Origin: an uncultured Flavobacteriaceae bacterium
Lineage (GTDB): Bacteria > Bacteroidota > Bacteroidia > Flavobacteriales > Flavobacteriaceae
Assembly: GCA_963762065.1 (NCBI GenBank)
Contig: CAVXJE010000001.1
Location: 92,191-156,190 of the forward strand
Length of the DNA stretch: 64,000 bases
Reading direction: 5' to 3'
The translations under genes and the position numbers were made by a program. Positions 1 to 11,160 of this stretch are shown here, one piece after another. Numbering within the stretch: position 1 is the stretch's first letter; every line of letters begins with the position of its first letter. Below the pieces are notes generated by a model. It saw nothing but the letters and a program-made list of their open reading frames with translations. It ran no database searches and had not been told where the DNA came from.

Positions 1-86
1 CTACAACCGATAATTCCTATACATTTGAATACAACATTGTAGGCGACAGCAATAAATCTAAAGGAATAGCTATAAAAACCAACTAA
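1..86 (+). CDS. 3' end of a gene entering from the left edge (…TTDNSYTFEYNIVGDSNKSKGIAIKTN*), hypothetical protein
   Basis: Open frame from position 3 to TAA at 84-86, 2 nt before the terC ATG. Resembles the C-terminus of a conserved small flavobacterial protein (recollection only). Confidence 0.6.
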   Translation, partial: TTDNSYTFEYNIVGDSNKSKGIAIKTN

Positions 87-88
87 CC

Positions 89-901
89 ATGTTCGAAATT
101 TTAACTAGCCCAGATGCGTGGGTAGCACTACTCACATTAACATTTTTAGAAATAGTACTAGGCATAGATAATATTATCTTCATTTCGATTGCCGCAGGTA
201 AACTTGAGAAATCACAACGCAAAAAAGCGACCAATATTGGCTTGGTATTGGCTATGGCCATGCGTATTGTCCTTTTGTTCGGTATTTCGCTTTTAACCAA
301 TCTGAAAAAGCCATTCTGGGTGATTGATGGTGAATGGATTTCAGGAGGAATTAGCGGTCAAGCCCTAATTTTATTCGGTGGCGGATTGTTCCTGCTTTAT
401 AAAAGCACTAACGAAATACATGAGAAAATTGAAGATAAGGGTCATGATGAACGGGAGGTAAAAAGCCAACAATCCTCTTCACTCACGAATGCTATACTAC
501 AGATAACCGTCATCAATATTGTATTCTCTTTTGATTCCATATTAACCGCTATTGGAATGACCAACAACATATCGCCCAACCCAAATGATGCTTTGGTACT
601 TATGGTTATAGCCGTTGTTGTCTCCGTTATTATTATGATGTTATTTGCAAACCCTGTTGGCGAGTTTGTAAATAAACACCCTTCGATTCAAGTTTTAGGC
701 CTTTCCTTTTTAATATTGATTGGATTTATGCTTATAGCTGAAGCAGCTCATATAGGGCATTTGGTTGTTTTTGGGAATGAAGTAGGAACAATTCCCAAAG
801 GGTATCTATATTTTTCGATTGCATTCTCTCTGATGGTTGAATTCTTTAATATGAGAATGAAAGGCAGTAGGATTCCTGTCGATGAGGTCGTTGAGGAATA
901 A
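89..901 (+). CDS. TerC family integral membrane protein
   Basis: LTFLEIVLGIDNIIFI and IVFSFDSILTAIGM TerC signature motifs; multiple TM helices; PKGYLYF C-terminal motif. Confidence 0.92.
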   Translation: MFEILTSPDAWVALLTLTFLEIVLGIDNIIFISIAAGKLEKSQRKKATNIGLVLAMAMRIVLLFGISLLTNLKKPFWVIDGEWISGGISGQALILFGGGLFLLYKSTNEIHEKIEDKGHDEREVKSQQSSSLTNAILQITVINIVFSFDSILTAIGMTNNISPNPNDALVLMVIAVVVSVIIMMLFANPVGEFVNKHPSIQVLGLSFLILIGFMLIAEAAHIGHLVVFGNEVGTIPKGYLYFSIAFSLMVEFFNMRMKGSRIPVDEVVEE

Positions 902-923
902 GTTAAGTATAGCTTGTAATTAT

Positions 924-1880
924 CTAATTAGGCCTAGAATATTCTATTTTGGGATTCTTTAGCTGCTGCTCCTTGAATAAACGCTGTTGCTGCTTTACAG
1001 TTAAAGTGCTACCATCGTGACTCCAGCCAGGAGGTCCGAATGTATACATAAGCTTATGTGAGAATTTCTTGCTCTTTTTAATATCGTGCCAAATATCCTT
1101 GAATTCGTGGGTAAGAATAACAATGGGGTTGTAAGATTCAGGTGCATGGATTACTCCATACTTCACATCGATCTTGTCATCCAATTCTTTCCAAGTACCA
1201 AAAATCTTATCAAAAATATTTAGGAAACCACCATGGTTTTTATCCAAATATTCCACATTTTGGGCATGGTGCACCTGATGCATAGTATGGGTATTGAAAA
1301 TTTTCTCGATGATTCCCATCTTTGGAACATAAACAGAATGTAACTGAAACTGCCACAATGCCTCTATTCCCAAACATACAACGACCATCTCTGGCGGAAA
1401 GCCAAGAGCAGGCATCCACATATAAAACAGTGGTTTGTAAAGTATGGTAAACCAACCATTTCTGACCGCTGTGCCCAAATTAAAATTATCAGAGGAATGA
1501 TGCACTATATGGGCGGCCCAAAAAAGACGAACCTCGTGATTGGCGCGATGAAACCAATAATACGTAAAATCATCCGCTAGTTGGCACAAAAGCCAAATGT
1601 ACCATACATACCCAAAAGATTGGTAACCCATAATGTTAGTACGGACCCCTTCTACTAAAGGATTGAACAATTCATATGTAAATTCGAATATTACAATGGC
1701 CGATACTACCTTGATAAGAGGCGCAATTATTGCTGACCCAACACCCATAAATCCACTGGCGAACAAGTCTTTCCACTCATATAAGTCATCATCGCCATGG
1801 GTTTTACTATAGGTAAGTTCTAGAAGGATAAATGCAATAAAACAGGGTACTCCGTATACCAGGGGGTTGGTAAAATCCAT
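924..1880 (-). CDS. Sterol desaturase / fatty acid hydroxylase family protein (alkylglycerol monooxygenase-like)
   Basis: His boxes YYWFHRANH, HIVHHS, HQVHH, and KNHGGFLNIFDKIFGT. Confidence 0.88.
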   Translation of the reverse strand: MDFTNPLVYGVPCFIAFILLELTYSKTHGDDDLYEWKDLFASGFMGVGSAIIAPLIKVVSAIVIFEFTYELFNPLVEGVRTNIMGYQSFGYVWYIWLLCQLADDFTYYWFHRANHEVRLFWAAHIVHHSSDNFNLGTAVRNGWFTILYKPLFYMWMPALGFPPEMVVVCLGIEALWQFQLHSVYVPKMGIIEKIFNTHTMHQVHHAQNVEYLDKNHGGFLNIFDKIFGTWKELDDKIDVKYGVIHAPESYNPIVILTHEFKDIWHDIKKSKKFSHKLMYTFGPPGWSHDGSTLTVKQQQRLFKEQQLKNPKIEYSRPN

Positions 1881-1897
1881 AAAATTTTAAATTAATG

Positions 1898-1905
1898 CAA
1901 AGATA
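1898..1905 (-). promoter_or_regulatory. Bacteroidota primary sigma -7 element (TATCTTTG) for the sterol desaturase gene
   Basis: Exact TAnnTTTG on the minus strand, 18 nt upstream of the start codon. Confidence 0.6.
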
Positions 1906-1945
1906 ATACTAATTGATACAAAAAATACCTAACAAAATCATAAGG

Positions 1946-2377
1946 TTATTTTTGATTGTTTCGAAGAATTTCATTCTGCTCCTTCATTAGCCTTTCCAAA
2001 TTGGCTAATAGCTCAATATTCTTCGGGGTAACCTCTGCGGAATCATCAGGGTCTTCAGCCCTAATTCTAAATCTGTTTATAAATTTTATTACCACAAAAA
2101 TGGTAAATGCGATAATCGCAAAATCCAAAAGAACCTCAATAAGTTCGCCATACCCTATGGCTACTTCCGCAGATTCTGCCTGGGCCTCACGTAAAACATA
2201 TTTTCTATCCGAAAAATTAACATCGTTCGTTAAAAGCGATAATGGGGGCATCACAACTTTTTTTACCAATGTACTAACTACCTTATTAAAAGCAGTTCCA
2301 ATAATAATACCAATGGCCATGTCCAACATATTGCCCTTGATTGCAAAATTTTTGAATTCCTGTAAAAAGTTTTTCAT
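1946..2377 (-). CDS. mscL: Large-conductance mechanosensitive channel
   Basis: EFKNFAIKGNMLDMAIGIIIGTAFNKVVSTLV N-terminus; two TM segments. Confidence 0.96.
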   Translation of the reverse strand: MKNFLQEFKNFAIKGNMLDMAIGIIIGTAFNKVVSTLVKKVVMPPLSLLTNDVNFSDRKYVLREAQAESAEVAIGYGELIEVLLDFAIIAFTIFVVIKFINRFRIRAEDPDDSAEVTPKNIELLANLERLMKEQNEILRNNQK

Positions 2378-2386
2378 CGAAGTATA

Positions 2387-5041
2387 CTAAAATAAAGTGA
2401 TCTGACGCTCATCGTCAATGTCATCACCATCGTCCTTTTTTGGCTCATTCTTGGGTACATCGGAATTCTTCGAACTTATATCTTCCTCATCTACAACTTC
2501 AATTTCGTTCGGTTCCTGTTCTTCCGGTTCCACATAAGGCAAAGATTCCAATAAATTAATATTTTTAACCTTCTCGGACGTTAATTGATTACCTAAAGCT
2601 TTAATTCCTTTAACTGATATAAAGTCTTCAATATCAACCATTAAATTATCTTTTGCGTCCTTTCCTCTTGGTTTGGAAAACTCTATTTCGACCACAGGTC
2701 TCCAATCGGTGGAAACCAATTCCAAATACGACTTTTGATGGTCTGAAATAAATTGATCTTCCCTGTTTCCTTGTTCAATTAAAAATCGTTTTACATAAAA
2801 ACGTTCTTTTTCCCCATCCCAGTAAATGGCGGATAATGGTTTTTTTGGATTCCATTTTTCCAAAATTATCATATCGTCATCAAAGCGCGATGTTAGAGTT
2901 GGTAATATAGTTTTGGCGATTCCTTTTTGATTAACTACCAATAAAAGGTCATCTCCCCTGAAGTCCCCTAATAAATCGCCTCTACCATCAACATTTAAAC
3001 GACGTACAACATCATCGAACCAGATTTTTCTAGGCTTTAATGTCGAGACGCCTTTTTCTTTAAGCTCAATGCGCTTCACGGTATACTTAGTTACTATGTT
3101 CCCTTTTGATGCCCTTCCCTTGATTAGGACATCAGCAAAGTCTATATCCCATTTCAATTTTTTAATACTACCAGCTTGCCGCAAGTTTATGGTAACCACC
3201 TCTGCTTCACCATTAGGATTGGCCGAAAAATAGTAAACCAAAGATCCCGGTTTACCAGGGGTCAAATCATATGGTTTGTCTCTTGTTACACCAGTAACAT
3301 TAAATCGCTTTATATATGTTGGGCCGCCTTTACCATCTTTATATATTAGATTATAGGTGGTTCGTTTGTCTTTTTTCTTGAATACGGCTACATGAATGAT
3401 GTTTTTCCCAACAAAAGTTTTGGAATCCACTTTTGTAATCATCATTTTACCATCATTGGTAAAGACAATGATGTCGTCAATGTCGCTGCAGTCAGTAACA
3501 TACTCATCACGCCGTAATGAAGTGCCTATAAAGCCTTCCTCCCTATTCACATACAATTTTGTGTTTCGGATAACAACTTTCGTAGCCTCGATATCATCAA
3601 AGATCCGGATTTCGGATTTACGTTCCCTTCCTTTTCCGTATTTTGTCTTTAAGTTCTTGAAGTAATCAATTGCGAATTCTATTAAATTAGCCAAATGATG
3701 TTTCACCTCTGCGATTTTCTCCTCCAGGCTATCTAGATGTTGTTGCGCTTTATCCAAATCGAACTTTGAAATACGTTTTATCCGTATTTCGGTCAATCTA
3801 ATAATATCTTCTTCGGTTACTGCACGTTTCAAATTCTTTGTATAAGGCATTAAGCCTTTATCGATAGCGTTGATTACCCCTTCCCAAGTTTCTTCTTCCT
3901 CTATATCGCGATAAATCCTGTTCTCAATAAAAATACGTTCCAAAGAAGCAAAATGCCATTGCTCTTCAAGTTCGGATAACTGTATCTCGAGCTCTGCTTT
4001 TAGCAAATCGACCGTAAGATCGGTAGATTGTCGTAGCATTTCCGATACTCCGATAAATAAAGGCTTATTGTCCTCAATAATACAACCCAAGGGAGATATT
4101 GATGATTCGCAAGCGGTAAAGGCATATAAGGCATCTATGGTCTTATCAGGTGATATGCCACTCGGTAAATGCACCAATATTTCGACCTCAGCTGCAGTAT
4201 TATCCTCTATTTTTTTGATTTTAATTTTTCCTTTTTCATTTGCTTTTAAGATGGAATCTATCAGCGAGGAAGTATTGGTACCATAAGGAATTTCATTAAT
4301 AACCAGGGTATTCCTGTCTTGTTGGGAAATTCTTGCACGAACACGGATCTTACCTCCCCGCAAACCATCGTTATAGTTACTTATATCAATGATACCTGAA
4401 GTCGGAAAATCGGGATAAATAGTAAAACGCTGCCCCTTTAAATGCTTTATGGACGCATCAATTAGCTCTATGAAATTGTGTGGCAATACTTTTGTGGAAA
4501 GGCCCACCGCGATACCCTCTGCACCTTGGGCCAACAACAAAGGGAATTTGACCGGAAGATTAACGGGTTCTTTTTTGCGCCCGTCATATGAAAGTTGCCA
4601 TTCAGTGATTTTGGGGCTAAAAACAACTTCCAATGCAAATTTTGAAAGACGAGCTTCGATATATCTTGAAGCTGCAGCCCTATCGCCAGTCAAGATATTT
4701 CCCCAGTTTCCTTGTGTATCGATCAAAAGATCTTTTTGACCTATTTGCACCATGGCATCAGCAATACTCGCATCGCCGTGAGGGTGGTATTGCATGGTAT
4801 GCCCAACAACATTTGCTACCTTATTGTATCTACCATCATCAAGGTCTTTCAAAGAATGCATTATTCTACGCTGTACGGGCTTAAACCCGTCCTCAATAGC
4901 AGGTACGGCACGTTCCAAAATAACATATGAAGCATAGTCCAGGAACCAATCTTTATACATTCCTGTAACCTTCGTAAGGGCATCCTGTGAATCCTCTATA
5001 TTTTCGTTTTGTGCTTCGCTCAGTTCTTCATTTTCTTCCAT
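2387..5041 (-). CDS. parC: DNA topoisomerase IV subunit A (Bacteroidota type)
   Basis: DGFKPVQRR, YHPHGDASI, AASRYIEAR (catalytic Tyr); directly follows subunit B. Confidence 0.92.
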   Translation of the reverse strand: MEENEELSEAQNENIEDSQDALTKVTGMYKDWFLDYASYVILERAVPAIEDGFKPVQRRIMHSLKDLDDGRYNKVANVVGHTMQYHPHGDASIADAMVQIGQKDLLIDTQGNWGNILTGDRAAASRYIEARLSKFALEVVFSPKITEWQLSYDGRKKEPVNLPVKFPLLLAQGAEGIAVGLSTKVLPHNFIELIDASIKHLKGQRFTIYPDFPTSGIIDISNYNDGLRGGKIRVRARISQQDRNTLVINEIPYGTNTSSLIDSILKANEKGKIKIKKIEDNTAAEVEILVHLPSGISPDKTIDALYAFTACESSISPLGCIIEDNKPLFIGVSEMLRQSTDLTVDLLKAELEIQLSELEEQWHFASLERIFIENRIYRDIEEEETWEGVINAIDKGLMPYTKNLKRAVTEEDIIRLTEIRIKRISKFDLDKAQQHLDSLEEKIAEVKHHLANLIEFAIDYFKNLKTKYGKGRERKSEIRIFDDIEATKVVIRNTKLYVNREEGFIGTSLRRDEYVTDCSDIDDIIVFTNDGKMMITKVDSKTFVGKNIIHVAVFKKKDKRTTYNLIYKDGKGGPTYIKRFNVTGVTRDKPYDLTPGKPGSLVYYFSANPNGEAEVVTINLRQAGSIKKLKWDIDFADVLIKGRASKGNIVTKYTVKRIELKEKGVSTLKPRKIWFDDVVRRLNVDGRGDLLGDFRGDDLLLVVNQKGIAKTILPTLTSRFDDDMIILEKWNPKKPLSAIYWDGEKERFYVKRFLIEQGNREDQFISDHQKSYLELVSTDWRPVVEIEFSKPRGKDAKDNLMVDIEDFISVKGIKALGNQLTSEKVKNINLLESLPYVEPEEQEPNEIEVVDEEDISSKNSDVPKNEPKKDDGDDIDDERQITLF

Positions 5042-5066
5042 AAAGAAAGAATCGTATTTCTTTGGT

Positions 5067-6926
5067 TTATAATTGGTTTTCCTCTACTAAGTCAATCTCA
5101 ACTTTAAGGTTATTAATGATGAATTCTTGACGATCAGGTGTGTTCTTACCCATATAGAATTTCAACAGATTTTCTATTGACATCGCCTTATCGAGCATAA
5201 CGGGTTCCAAGCGAATATCCTCCCCTATGAAGTGTACAAACTCGTCAGGAGATATTTCCCCAAGACCTTTGAATCTTGTGATTTCAGGTTTGCCAGTCAA
5301 TTTTGAAATTGCATTTCTCCTTTCCTCTTCACTATAACAATAAATGGTTTCTTTTTTATTTCGTACCCTGAATAATGGGGTTTGCAAAATATACAGATGG
5401 TTTTCCTTTATCAATTCAGGGAAAAATTGAAGGAAGAACGTTATTAATAGCAATCTAATATGCATACCATCAACATCGGCATCCGTAGCAATTACAATAT
5501 TATTATATCGTAATTCCTCCATAGATTCCTCAATATTCAAGGCAGCCTGTAATAAATTGAATTCCTCATTCTCATAAACGATCTTCTTCGACATTCCATA
5601 GGAATTCAAGGGTTTTCCCCTTAAACTGAATACCGCTTGAGTATTCACATCACGTGATTTGGTAATAGAACCGGATGCAGAATCACCCTCGGTAATGAAT
5701 AATGTGCTCTCCAAGCGTCTTTCATTTTTCATATCCCCTAAATGCACCCTACAATCACGTAATTTTTTATTATGTAGACTTGCCTTTTTAGCACGATCAC
5801 GGGCTAATTTACGTATTCCTGAGAGTTCTTTACGCTCTTTTTCGGCCATCATGATCTTACGTTGTAATTTCTCTGCTGTTTCGGGGTTTTTGTGCAAATA
5901 GTTATCTAAATACTTCCCAACAAAATCGTTGATATAGGTACGAACTGTTGGAAATTCCCCTCCCATATCAGTAGATCCTAATTTGGTCTTGGTCTGGCTC
6001 TCAAAAACCGGTTCCATAACTTTTATTGAAATAGCCGATATTATTGATTTACGAATATCACTGGCCTCATAATTCTTGCCGTAAAAATCCCGTATGGTTT
6101 TTACCAAGGCTTCGCGAAATGCTGATTGGTGTGTTCCTCCTTGAGTAGTATGCTGGCCATTTACAAATGAATGGTATTCCTCGCTATATTGGGTTTTGCT
6201 ATGTGTAATAGCCACTTCGATATCTTCACCCTTTAAATGGATTATGGGATACAACATATCCTCAGCATTGTTGTTGTCTTCCAATAAATCTTTCAAACCG
6301 TTTTCTGAAAAAAACTTCTCTCCATTAAATACAATGGTCAATCCCGGGTTCAGGTACACATAGTTCCTGAGCATTCGCTCAACATACTCATTACGATATT
6401 TATATTTTTTAAAAATTGCTTCATCGGGAGTAAAAGAAACCCTTGTGCCCTTTCGCTTGGAAGACTCAACTGGGCCTTCTTCCGAAACTAAATTACCCTG
6501 ATTAAACTCCGCTGTTTTTATTTGGTTGTCCCTTGAGGATTGTACCTCGAAAAAACTTGATAATGCATTTACCGCTTTAGTACCTACCCCATTCAGTCCA
6601 ACTGATTTTTTAAACGCCCGACTATCATATTTACCGCCAGTGTTCATTTTAGATACTACATCGACAACCTTCCCTAGAGGTATACCACGGCCGTAGTCCC
6701 TTACCCTTACGATATTATCCTTAATACCTATTTCTATAGTTTTCCCAGCACCCATTACGAATTCATCGATGCTATTATCTATGGTTTCCTTTAAAAGAAT
6801 GTAAATACCATCATCGGCAGATGAGCCATCACCAAGTTTACCAATATACATTCCAGGACGTAAGCGTATATGCTCCTTCCAGTCCAGCGAGCGGATATTA
6901 TCTTCGGTATATTGCGATTCTGCCAT
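5067..6926 (-). CDS. parE: DNA topoisomerase IV subunit B
   Basis: GHKL motifs ([24 protein letters not shown]), TOPRIM EGDSA and [14 protein letters not shown]; short 619-aa form paired with parC. Confidence 0.93.
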   Translation of the reverse strand: MAESQYTEDNIRSLDWKEHIRLRPGMYIGKLGDGSSADDGIYILLKETIDNSIDEFVMGAGKTIEIGIKDNIVRVRDYGRGIPLGKVVDVVSKMNTGGKYDSRAFKKSVGLNGVGTKAVNALSSFFEVQSSRDNQIKTAEFNQGNLVSEEGPVESSKRKGTRVSFTPDEAIFKKYKYRNEYVERMLRNYVYLNPGLTIVFNGEKFFSENGLKDLLEDNNNAEDMLYPIIHLKGEDIEVAITHSKTQYSEEYHSFVNGQHTTQGGTHQSAFREALVKTIRDFYGKNYEASDIRKSIISAISIKVMEPVFESQTKTKLGSTDMGGEFPTVRTYINDFVGKYLDNYLHKNPETAEKLQRKIMMAEKERKELSGIRKLARDRAKKASLHNKKLRDCRVHLGDMKNERRLESTLFITEGDSASGSITKSRDVNTQAVFSLRGKPLNSYGMSKKIVYENEEFNLLQAALNIEESMEELRYNNIVIATDADVDGMHIRLLLITFFLQFFPELIKENHLYILQTPLFRVRNKKETIYCYSEEERRNAISKLTGKPEITRFKGLGEISPDEFVHFIGEDIRLEPVMLDKAMSIENLLKFYMGKNTPDRQEFIINNLKVEIDLVEENQL

Positions 6927-7148
6927 AAGTGGATCAGGGTTTAACCCTGCTAATATAAAATTTCAAAGCAAAAATCAAAGCGTGAGGCTTGGAAAGTAAT
7001 TAACAACGAAATTACCAATTTTGTTGATATTATTGGAAGCTTAGCGGAATAAGTTTAAGAAAGGACAAACTAAATTCGATAAATTCCTTGTTTTTGGATT
7101 TCGCTTTGAGAAATCAAAATGCCATAGTGCTCACTATAAATATTTCCA

Positions 7149-8243
7149 TTAAACGTTAAACCTAAAATGCATTACATCGCCATCTTGAACTATGTAATCC
7201 TTGCCCTCAACGCGCATTTTACCTGCCTCCTTTACTTTTGCCTCACTACCATAATGAACATAATCATCATAGGAAATGACCTCTGCGCGAATAAAGCCTT
7301 TTTCAAAATCGGTATGGATAACCCCAGCGGCTTGTGGCGCAGTCGCACCCACAGGAATCGTCCAGGCACGGACTTCCTTTTCACCCGCGGTAAAGTAAGT
7401 TTCCAAATTGAGTAATTTATAAGCACCCCGGATCAATTTTGCCGAGCCGGGTTCAGTGAGTCCTAAATCTTCCAAGAACATTTGTCGTTCATCATAAGTT
7501 TCCAACTCTGTAATGTCTGCTTCCGTACCCACCGCCAGAACCACTACTTCCGAATTTTCATTGGCTACTGCCGCTTTTACCTTTTCAACATATTCATTCC
7601 CTGATACGGCAGCTTCTTCATCTACATTACAGACATACATTACCGGTTTATCGGTTATGAACTGTAAAGGGGTAACATAATCGCGCCTATCATCTTTGTT
7701 GATTTCAATAGCTCTTACAGATATACCGGCTTCCAAACCTTCTTTCAATTTCAAAAGGGCCGCTTCTTCTTTTTGAGCCTCCTTGTTTCCTGTCTTTGCA
7801 GCACGTTTAACCTTATCGAGCTTTTTATCGACTGTTTCCAAGTCTTTCAACTGCAGTTCCATATCAATGGTTTCTTTATCCCGAATAGGGTCAATTGAGC
7901 CATCTACATGCACTATATTATCATTGTCAAAACATCGAAGTACATGCAAAATAGCATCGGTCTCACGAATATTCCCTAAAAACTGATTACCAAGTCCCTC
8001 TCCTTTACTGGCTCCTTTTACAAGTCCTGCAATATCCACAATATCCACCGTAGCTGGTAATACCCTTTCAGGATGTACAAGTGCCTCCAATTTTTCAAGT
8101 CTTACATCCGGAACATTTACAACCCCAATATTTGGTTCAATGGTACAAAAGGGAAAATTGGCACTTTGCGCTTTGGCATTGGATAAACAATTGAAAAGAG
8201 TGGATTTTCCAACATTGGGTAGTCCTACGATTCCGGCTTTCAT
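7149..8243 (-). CDS. ychF: Redox-regulated ATPase YchF
   Basis: MKAGIVGLPNVGKST, NFPFCTIEPN, DIAGLVKGAS, GVIHTDFEKGFIRAEV. Start moved to 8243 because the longer ORF runs through the -7 promoter box. Confidence 0.97.
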   Translation of the reverse strand: MKAGIVGLPNVGKSTLFNCLSNAKAQSANFPFCTIEPNIGVVNVPDVRLEKLEALVHPERVLPATVDIVDIAGLVKGASKGEGLGNQFLGNIRETDAILHVLRCFDNDNIVHVDGSIDPIRDKETIDMELQLKDLETVDKKLDKVKRAAKTGNKEAQKEEAALLKLKEGLEAGISVRAIEINKDDRRDYVTPLQFITDKPVMYVCNVDEEAAVSGNEYVEKVKAAVANENSEVVVLAVGTEADITELETYDERQMFLEDLGLTEPGSAKLIRGAYKLLNLETYFTAGEKEVRAWTIPVGATAPQAAGVIHTDFEKGFIRAEVISYDDYVHYGSEAKVKEAGKMRVEGKDYIVQDGDVMHFRFNV

Positions 8244-8303
8244 ATAAAATAATTTAAATATAATATAGAAGAAGCAAAGCTTCCCCCAATTTTTAAAATT
8301 GCG

Positions 8304-8311
8304 CAAATATA
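8304..8311 (-). promoter_or_regulatory. -7 promoter element (TATATTTG) for ychF
   Basis: Exact TAnnTTTG on the minus strand, 60 nt upstream of the ATG at 8243. Confidence 0.6.
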
Positions 8312-8409
8312 ATACAAAATAGGCCTATTGAAACCTTTATAAATTATGAAATAATGGCTTAAATATTTTTATTTACTTTTAACTTGATCAACTTTAAATC
8401 AAGAATCTT

Positions 8410-11103
8410 ATGAAACTTTTTAAATTAACATTTCTAGCTTTATTTTTGAGCACTTCATATCTTTTTTCACAACTGACGGTTACTGGTCTCGTACAGGATG
8501 AATCTGGACAGCCTTTGGCCGGGGCAAATGTCATTGAAAAGGGCACTTCCAATGGCACAACAACTGATTTTGATGGTAATTACACCATTACTGTGGCCGA
8601 CGGAGCAACGCTAGTATTTAGTTATATTGGTTTTGGTAATGTTGAAGAAAAAGTTTCAGGCCGTTCAGTGGTGAACGTTCAACTTGCCGAAGGGGTACAA
8701 TTGGATGAATTCATTATTGTAGGTTCTAGAAGTACTAGAAGAACATTAACTGATACAGCTGTGCCGGTTGACGTGGTAGATGTAGCAGAAATAGCCTCAA
8801 ATACAGGCAAGGTTGAGGTAAATGAAATACTGCAGTACGCGGCGCCATCATTTAATGCAAGTAAGCAGTCTGGTTCCGATGGTGCCGATCATATTGTCCC
8901 CGCCTCTTTAAGGGGGTTGGGTCCCGATCAAACCTTGGTACTTATTAATGGGAAAAGACGTCATCAATCATCTTTGGTCAATGTTTTTGGCACAAGAGGT
9001 AGAGGAAATTCAGGAACAGACCTAAACGCTATCCCTGCTTCCGCAATCAAAAGAATTGAGGTTTTGCGTGATGGTGCTTCTGCACAGTATGGGTCTGATG
9101 CCATAGCCGGTGTTATTAATATTGTCCTTAAAAACAATACGGAAGGATTTACTGGCGGCATAACCTATGGTGCATATAGCACTGCCATAGGAGATGGTTG
9201 GGCAGAAAAATCAGGTGAAACCCTGTTCAATGTAGAAGGTGAAAACAGGTTGGATGGTAAAAGTAAAAGTTTCGATGGGGAAACCGTTAAGATCGATGCT
9301 AATTACGGATTACCAATTGGTGAAAATGGAGGGTTTATTAATTTTACAACGGAATTTCTTAACAAGAATAAAACCTTGAGACCTGGTTTTTCATGGAGAA
9401 AAGGCTATGGTGGTGCAGGAGTCGACGGTTTTAATTTTATGATTAATTCTTCGGTACCTATTGATGATAATACCGAAATTTATGCCTTTGGAGGAAGAAA
9501 TTTTAGAGATACCGATGCATATGCCTTCTCAAGGGATAGTTTTGATGATGGTGATAATAGAAGTGTCCCAAGTATTTATCCAAATGGTTTTACACCAAGA
9601 ATTACATCCCTTATTACAGATGTCTCCGTTTCAGCCGGTGTTCGTCATAAAATGCCCAATGGTTGGAATCTTGATTTTAACAACACTTATGGCAAAAACA
9701 ACTTTCATTACTATATTAAAGGATCCAATAATGCTTCTTTAGGGGATGCTTCCCCAACTGACTTTGACGCAGGTGGACATTTCCTCTCCATGAATACAAC
9801 CGGTTTGGATTTTAGCAAGTATTTTGAAGATATCCTAGCAGGGATGAACATAGCCTATGGATTTGAATATAGAACAGAAAACTTTGGAATATTTTCAGGC
9901 GAGGAAGCCTCTTACGCCTTGTTTGATACCAATGGTATAGCAATTTCCAATCCCGCTCTCCAAACCGTCGCCCAAGACAGCAATGGGGATGACTTACCTG
10001 GCGGCTCGCAAGGTTTCCCTGGTTATAGTCCAGATAATGCGGTTGATAGAAGTAGAACTAATTATGGCATTTATTTTGACACCGAGTTAAACCTTAGTGA
10101 TGAGTTTATGCTTGGCGGTGCACTGCGCTTTGAAAATTATAGTGATTTTGGCAATACCTTTAATTTTAAACTGGCAAGTAGATATAAATTAAGTGATGCA
10201 TTCTCATTAAGAGGTTCCGTATCAACCGGATTTAGAGCTCCTTCTTTGGCACAACTCTACTACAATCTAATATTTAACAATATTGTCGCTGGTGCTTCCG
10301 TTCCATCTTTATTGTCGGCTAATAACAGTACAGTTACCAAAGCCTTTGGAATTGGTCAGTTAAACGAAGAAAAAGCTGTAAATGCCAGTATAGGCTTCAC
10401 TTATAGCCAAGGGCGGTTTACAGCAACTATAGATGCGTATTCAATTTCTGTGGACGATAGGATTATCTTAACTGATAATTTTACAGATCAAGCAATTTTA
10501 GGGCCCTTAAATGTTGATGCAGCTCAATTTTTTGCAAATGGTGTCGATACCAGGACTACTGGCGTGGATATAGTTTTGGGATATTCAACACAAGTGGGTG
10601 AAAACGGAAAAGTAAAAATTGATCTTATTGGTAATATAAACGAGTTGGATATTAAAAAAATTCATAATGGAGCTTTGAATGAGTTTACATTCTTCGGACC
10701 TTTTTCCCAAGCTTATTTGGAAGCAGCCGCACCAGATTACAAGTTTGGATTGAACCTAGGTTATACCGCTTCAAAATTCAATGCACAGTTATCCATGACA
10801 CAATTTAGCGAAGTACTGCTTCAGGATTTTCAATGGGTAGATTCACCGGCTACAACCCAGGCAGAAGCTGATGCACTATTTCCTGTAGCAACTGATACCT
10901 ACGAAGCAGCTTTGGTTGTGGATGCTAGTATTGGTTATGAATTATATAAAAACCTTAAATTGACAGTCGGTGCAAATAATTTATTCAATCAATATCCAAC
11001 ACCACAATTTGATGGATGGACTGACCAAGGCGGTCTTGCTGATTCTGTTCAAATGGGATCGGACGGAACTTATGTCTTTAGTAGATTAAATTTTAGTTTT
11101 TAA
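8410..11103 (+). CDS. TonB-dependent receptor with N-terminal carboxypeptidase-regulatory-like domain
   Basis: Signal peptide; GTTTDFDGNY N-domain; plug motifs LRGLGPDQTLVLINGKRR and IEVLRDGASAQYGSDAIAGVINI; C-terminal Phe. Confidence 0.95.
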   Translation: MKLFKLTFLALFLSTSYLFSQLTVTGLVQDESGQPLAGANVIEKGTSNGTTTDFDGNYTITVADGATLVFSYIGFGNVEEKVSGRSVVNVQLAEGVQLDEFIIVGSRSTRRTLTDTAVPVDVVDVAEIASNTGKVEVNEILQYAAPSFNASKQSGSDGADHIVPASLRGLGPDQTLVLINGKRRHQSSLVNVFGTRGRGNSGTDLNAIPASAIKRIEVLRDGASAQYGSDAIAGVINIVLKNNTEGFTGGITYGAYSTAIGDGWAEKSGETLFNVEGENRLDGKSKSFDGETVKIDANYGLPIGENGGFINFTTEFLNKNKTLRPGFSWRKGYGGAGVDGFNFMINSSVPIDDNTEIYAFGGRNFRDTDAYAFSRDSFDDGDNRSVPSIYPNGFTPRITSLITDVSVSAGVRHKMPNGWNLDFNNTYGKNNFHYYIKGSNNASLGDASPTDFDAGGHFLSMNTTGLDFSKYFEDILAGMNIAYGFEYRTENFGIFSGEEASYALFDTNGIAISNPALQTVAQDSNGDDLPGGSQGFPGYSPDNAVDRSRTNYGIYFDTELNLSDEFMLGGALRFENYSDFGNTFNFKLASRYKLSDAFSLRGSVSTGFRAPSLAQLYYNLIFNNIVAGASVPSLLSANNSTVTKAFGIGQLNEEKAVNASIGFTYSQGRFTATIDAYSISVDDRIILTDNFTDQAILGPLNVDAAQFFANGVDTRTTGVDIVLGYSTQVGENGKVKIDLIGNINELDIKKIHNGALNEFTFFGPFSQAYLEAAAPDYKFGLNLGYTASKFNAQLSMTQFSEVLLQDFQWVDSPATTQAEADALFPVATDTYEAALVVDASIGYELYKNLKLTVGANNLFNQYPTPQFDGWTDQGGLADSVQMGSDGTYVFSRLNFSF

Positions 11104-11120
11104 TACTAAAATGACGTTCA

Positions 11121-11158
11121 ATAGAGAAAGCTACCTATCTTTAGGTAGCTTTCTCTAT
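11121..11158. terminator. Perfect 17-bp inverted repeat; intrinsic terminator after the TonB receptor
   Basis: ATAGAGAAAGCTACCTA-tctt-TAGGTAGCTTTCTCTAT, 18 nt after the stop codon. Confidence 0.85.
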
Positions 11159-11160
11159 TT

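Noticed and set aside
1956-2390. 144-aa ORF antisense to mscL, and the many other 60-160 aa antisense or out-of-frame ORFs in the track
   Set aside because: They are shadows of well-supported genes, with no motifs or start context of their own.
6938-6952. CAGGGTT-T-AACCCTG palindrome upstream of parE
   Set aside because: A 7-bp arm with a 1-nt loop can arise by chance, and there is no second copy to support an operator role.
8244-8306. N-terminal extension of YchF given in the ORF track
   Set aside because: It overlaps the TATATTTG promoter box, and YchF proteins begin at MKAGIVG. Similar extensions were trimmed for uxuB, uxuA, czcA, the DHDPS-family gene, the SGNH hydrolase and the M28 peptidase.
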